64,000 nucleotides of DNA, from the NCBI GenBank assembly GCA_964016885.1, contig OZ024747.1, positions 4,216,001-4,280,000 on the forward strand. Reading direction: 5' to 3'. Positions 61,515 to 64,000 of the stretch are shown here, piece by piece. The position numbers and the translations under genes are program-made. Position 1 is the stretch's first letter, and each line of letters opens with the position of its first letter. The DNA is from Eledone cirrhosa. Its lineage: Eukaryota. Under the pieces are notes generated by a model. It saw nothing but the letters and a program-made list of their open reading frames with translations, was not told where the DNA came from and did no database searches.

Positions 61515-62340
61515 CTTCATCACAGTTATCATCATCACCATCACCACCATCATCATCATCACCATCACCATCACCACCATCACCACCATCATCATCATCA
61601 CCATCACCACCATCATCATCATCACCATCATCACCACCACTATTATCAACATGTCCATCATCACCATCATCATTGTCACCATCATCATTATCACCATCAT
61701 CACCATCACCATCATCACTTATCACCACTATCACCATCACCACTATCACTTTCACCATTATCACCATCACCACCACCACCATCATCACCACCATCATCAT
61801 CACCACCATCATCACTACCATCATCATCACTACCATCACCATCATCATTATCACCATCATCATTGTCATCAATATTATCACTGTTGATGTCATCATCATC
61901 TGGTGCTAGTAGTACTGGGGGTTGTGGTGATGATGATGATGATGATGAAGATGGTGATAATGGTCACAATGGTGATGATGATTATGGTGATTGTGGTGAT
62001 TATGGTGATGATGATGATGATGATGACGATTTTGGTGATGGTGATGGTAATTATGATTATGATGTTGGTGATCACGGTTTTGATGGTGATGGTGATGGTG
62101 ATGATGATGGTGGTGATGGTTATGGTGATGGTGGTGATGATTATGGTGATGGTGGTGGTGATTATGGTGATGGTGGTGATGGTGATGATGATGATTATGG
62201 TGATGGTGGTGATGGTGGTGGTGATAATGGGGTGATGGTGGTGGTGTTGATGATGATAATGGTGGTGATGGTGGAGATGATGATGATGGTGGTGGTGATG
62301 GTGGAGATGATGGTGATGGTGATGAAAGCAATGATGTTGA
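61515..62340. repeat. (CAT/CAC)n followed by inverted (GAT/GGT)n
   Basis: Strand switch at ~61900-61925. Confidence 0.92.
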
Positions 62341-62649
62341 CAGACACAACAATGACACCAACCTATAGAAAACAAAAGTTGCATACTTTCCAACACAATC
62401 CAAGCTTCTAGAATAAAGTAGATTACTTTGTATTATTCTCTACGGCATCCTCGCCCACCCCAAACCTTTTATTTTAGGGTGATATTTAGACTTAAGAAAC
62501 AAATATAAAACATGAGATTTTTTTTTTTTTATTCAATCTTGCAAAATGGCTGACTGAATACACACGTGCTTTTGCTCAAAAGTTTTTTTTTCCCATTTCT
62601 TCCTCTTCTCACTTTCTATATTTTTATTTCATCTTTTATTTCTCATTCT

Positions 62650-62775
62650 ATCCACTAATGAAGGAATAGTGTCTGAAACGTAAAGACTTTTCCTACTATA
62701 TCAAGCATTAAACTAATATATTTCTTTATTGTACTGTTTTATTTGCTTTGTTGACTCCATTTACTTTTTACTTAC
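62650..62775 (+). mobile_element. Old relative of the 49581 hammerhead family
   Basis: ctaatgaaggaatagtgtctgaaacgtaaagac...ctatatcaagcattaaactaatata. Confidence 0.5.
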
Positions 62776-64000
62776 ATATTTTAAAGTTGTTTAACTGTTA
62801 GGCAGCCCTAATTAAGCAGATCTATGTCAAACATGTTCCAGTCATGATGACTGACACATGTAGGACATTATTTAATGTTTCTTTGGACTTGGAGGCAGAG
62901 GAACAGGGGGAAAAGAGAAACAGGGAGAAACCAAAAATACAGTATAATATTTGACTAACATAAATAGCTTTGTGGTATCTATACAAAACAGATGCATGTT
63001 TAGAAGACTACTATAACTGCTGACCTTTGAATCCAGGTTTGACTGTTTACTTCTGATTTCATCAGAAGTAAAGAAGTGCAGAAGTCCTACAAATTGTATA
63101 TTAAGAGCGAAAGATAGATTTTAAGCAGCTGAAAACAGATGAACCAATCAGAACTGGATTGTCTATCCTGTGAACTGTTTTAAAAGATGACAGGTTTCTT
63201 TACATCTCTTTCAGATGAGGCTTACTGCAAAGAGTAACAAACTGAAAATATTTGACATATTTTCCCATCTCTCCTTCATCTTGTCAGCCATTAAAATGAG
63301 ATCAAGGTGAATCTACTATTGTATTGAACATGTGAAACTTTCTCTTTTTTTTTCCTTGAGTTGATTTTGTTTTGTTTTGTTTTTTTTTACTATTGAGACT
63401 GTTCTCTCCTTGTTCCTGCTGGCATTGCAATTGTTATCAATGTTGGCTTTGTTGCGAGTCAGTCATCATTTCTTTTGATGCTATTCATGCTGGCTGTTAC
63501 CATTCAAGCTATTGTTGTTACTATTGAAGCTATTGTTGCTACTATTGCAAAACAAAAACATGTAATATGAATATATTTTCTACTCTGTATTATAAAAAAC
63601 TTGTAGTTGACTGTGTCTTGTCTGAATATCTCATGTGTTGCTGAAGATTTAAAAGACAGAAAAAAAAAAACACTTCTGTTTCATCATTAAGAACTGTTGG
63701 ATGTATGCCCCCTCAACAGTCTGTATCTCCCATAATACTTTTGTTCCTTTCTTCTATTATTTCTTGCCATTACTGTCTCTGTCTCCCATTACTGTCTCTC
63801 CCTTCCATTACATTCTACAGCACCCACTCTCATTTCTCTGCCATTCACGCACACATCCTGATTATTTTTCTGTCATTCTCTTCCTCTTGGCCATGTTGTT
63901 TTGAGTGAATGGAGGCAATGTAGAGTGATGACTACTCTTTAGTCCTACCAGATAAAGGCAACTACACTAGTGCTGCTGCCACAATAAAGTGCAAGCAGTA

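Noticed and set aside
61863-62411. Gly/Asp- or His-rich ORFs
   Set aside because: Products of GAT/GGT repeats, open in several frames

Overview
AT-rich, repeat-saturated eukaryotic DNA with one 200-N gap. The SINE families and microsatellite load resemble a coleoid cephalopod (octopus-like) genome; this is inferred, not verified. I found no confident host protein-coding exon, and nearly all ORFs in the track are artefacts of microsatellites. Recognisable elements are two tRNA-derived SINE families in many copies, a decayed Tc1/mariner (maT/DD37D-like) transposase, a hAT-like MITE, a mariner-like MITE, a non-autonomous Helitron, a CR1-type LINE 3' end that seeded a 61-bp minisatellite, and several other minisatellites. 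The main hidden signal is that many short 'unique' islands between (TA)n tracts fold by eye into type I hammerhead ribozymes: core CUGANGA (or the U3-A8 variant UUGANAA), stem II, GAAA, a short and often palindromic stem III, and a short stem I. There are about 20 motifs from roughly 10 apparently unrelated families. They often sit in fold-back inverted repeats, and one lies in a 590-bp unit with 209-bp direct repeats. This fits Penelope-like element pLTR or retrozyme remnants targeting (TA)n. All folds were done manually and none is tested for activity.
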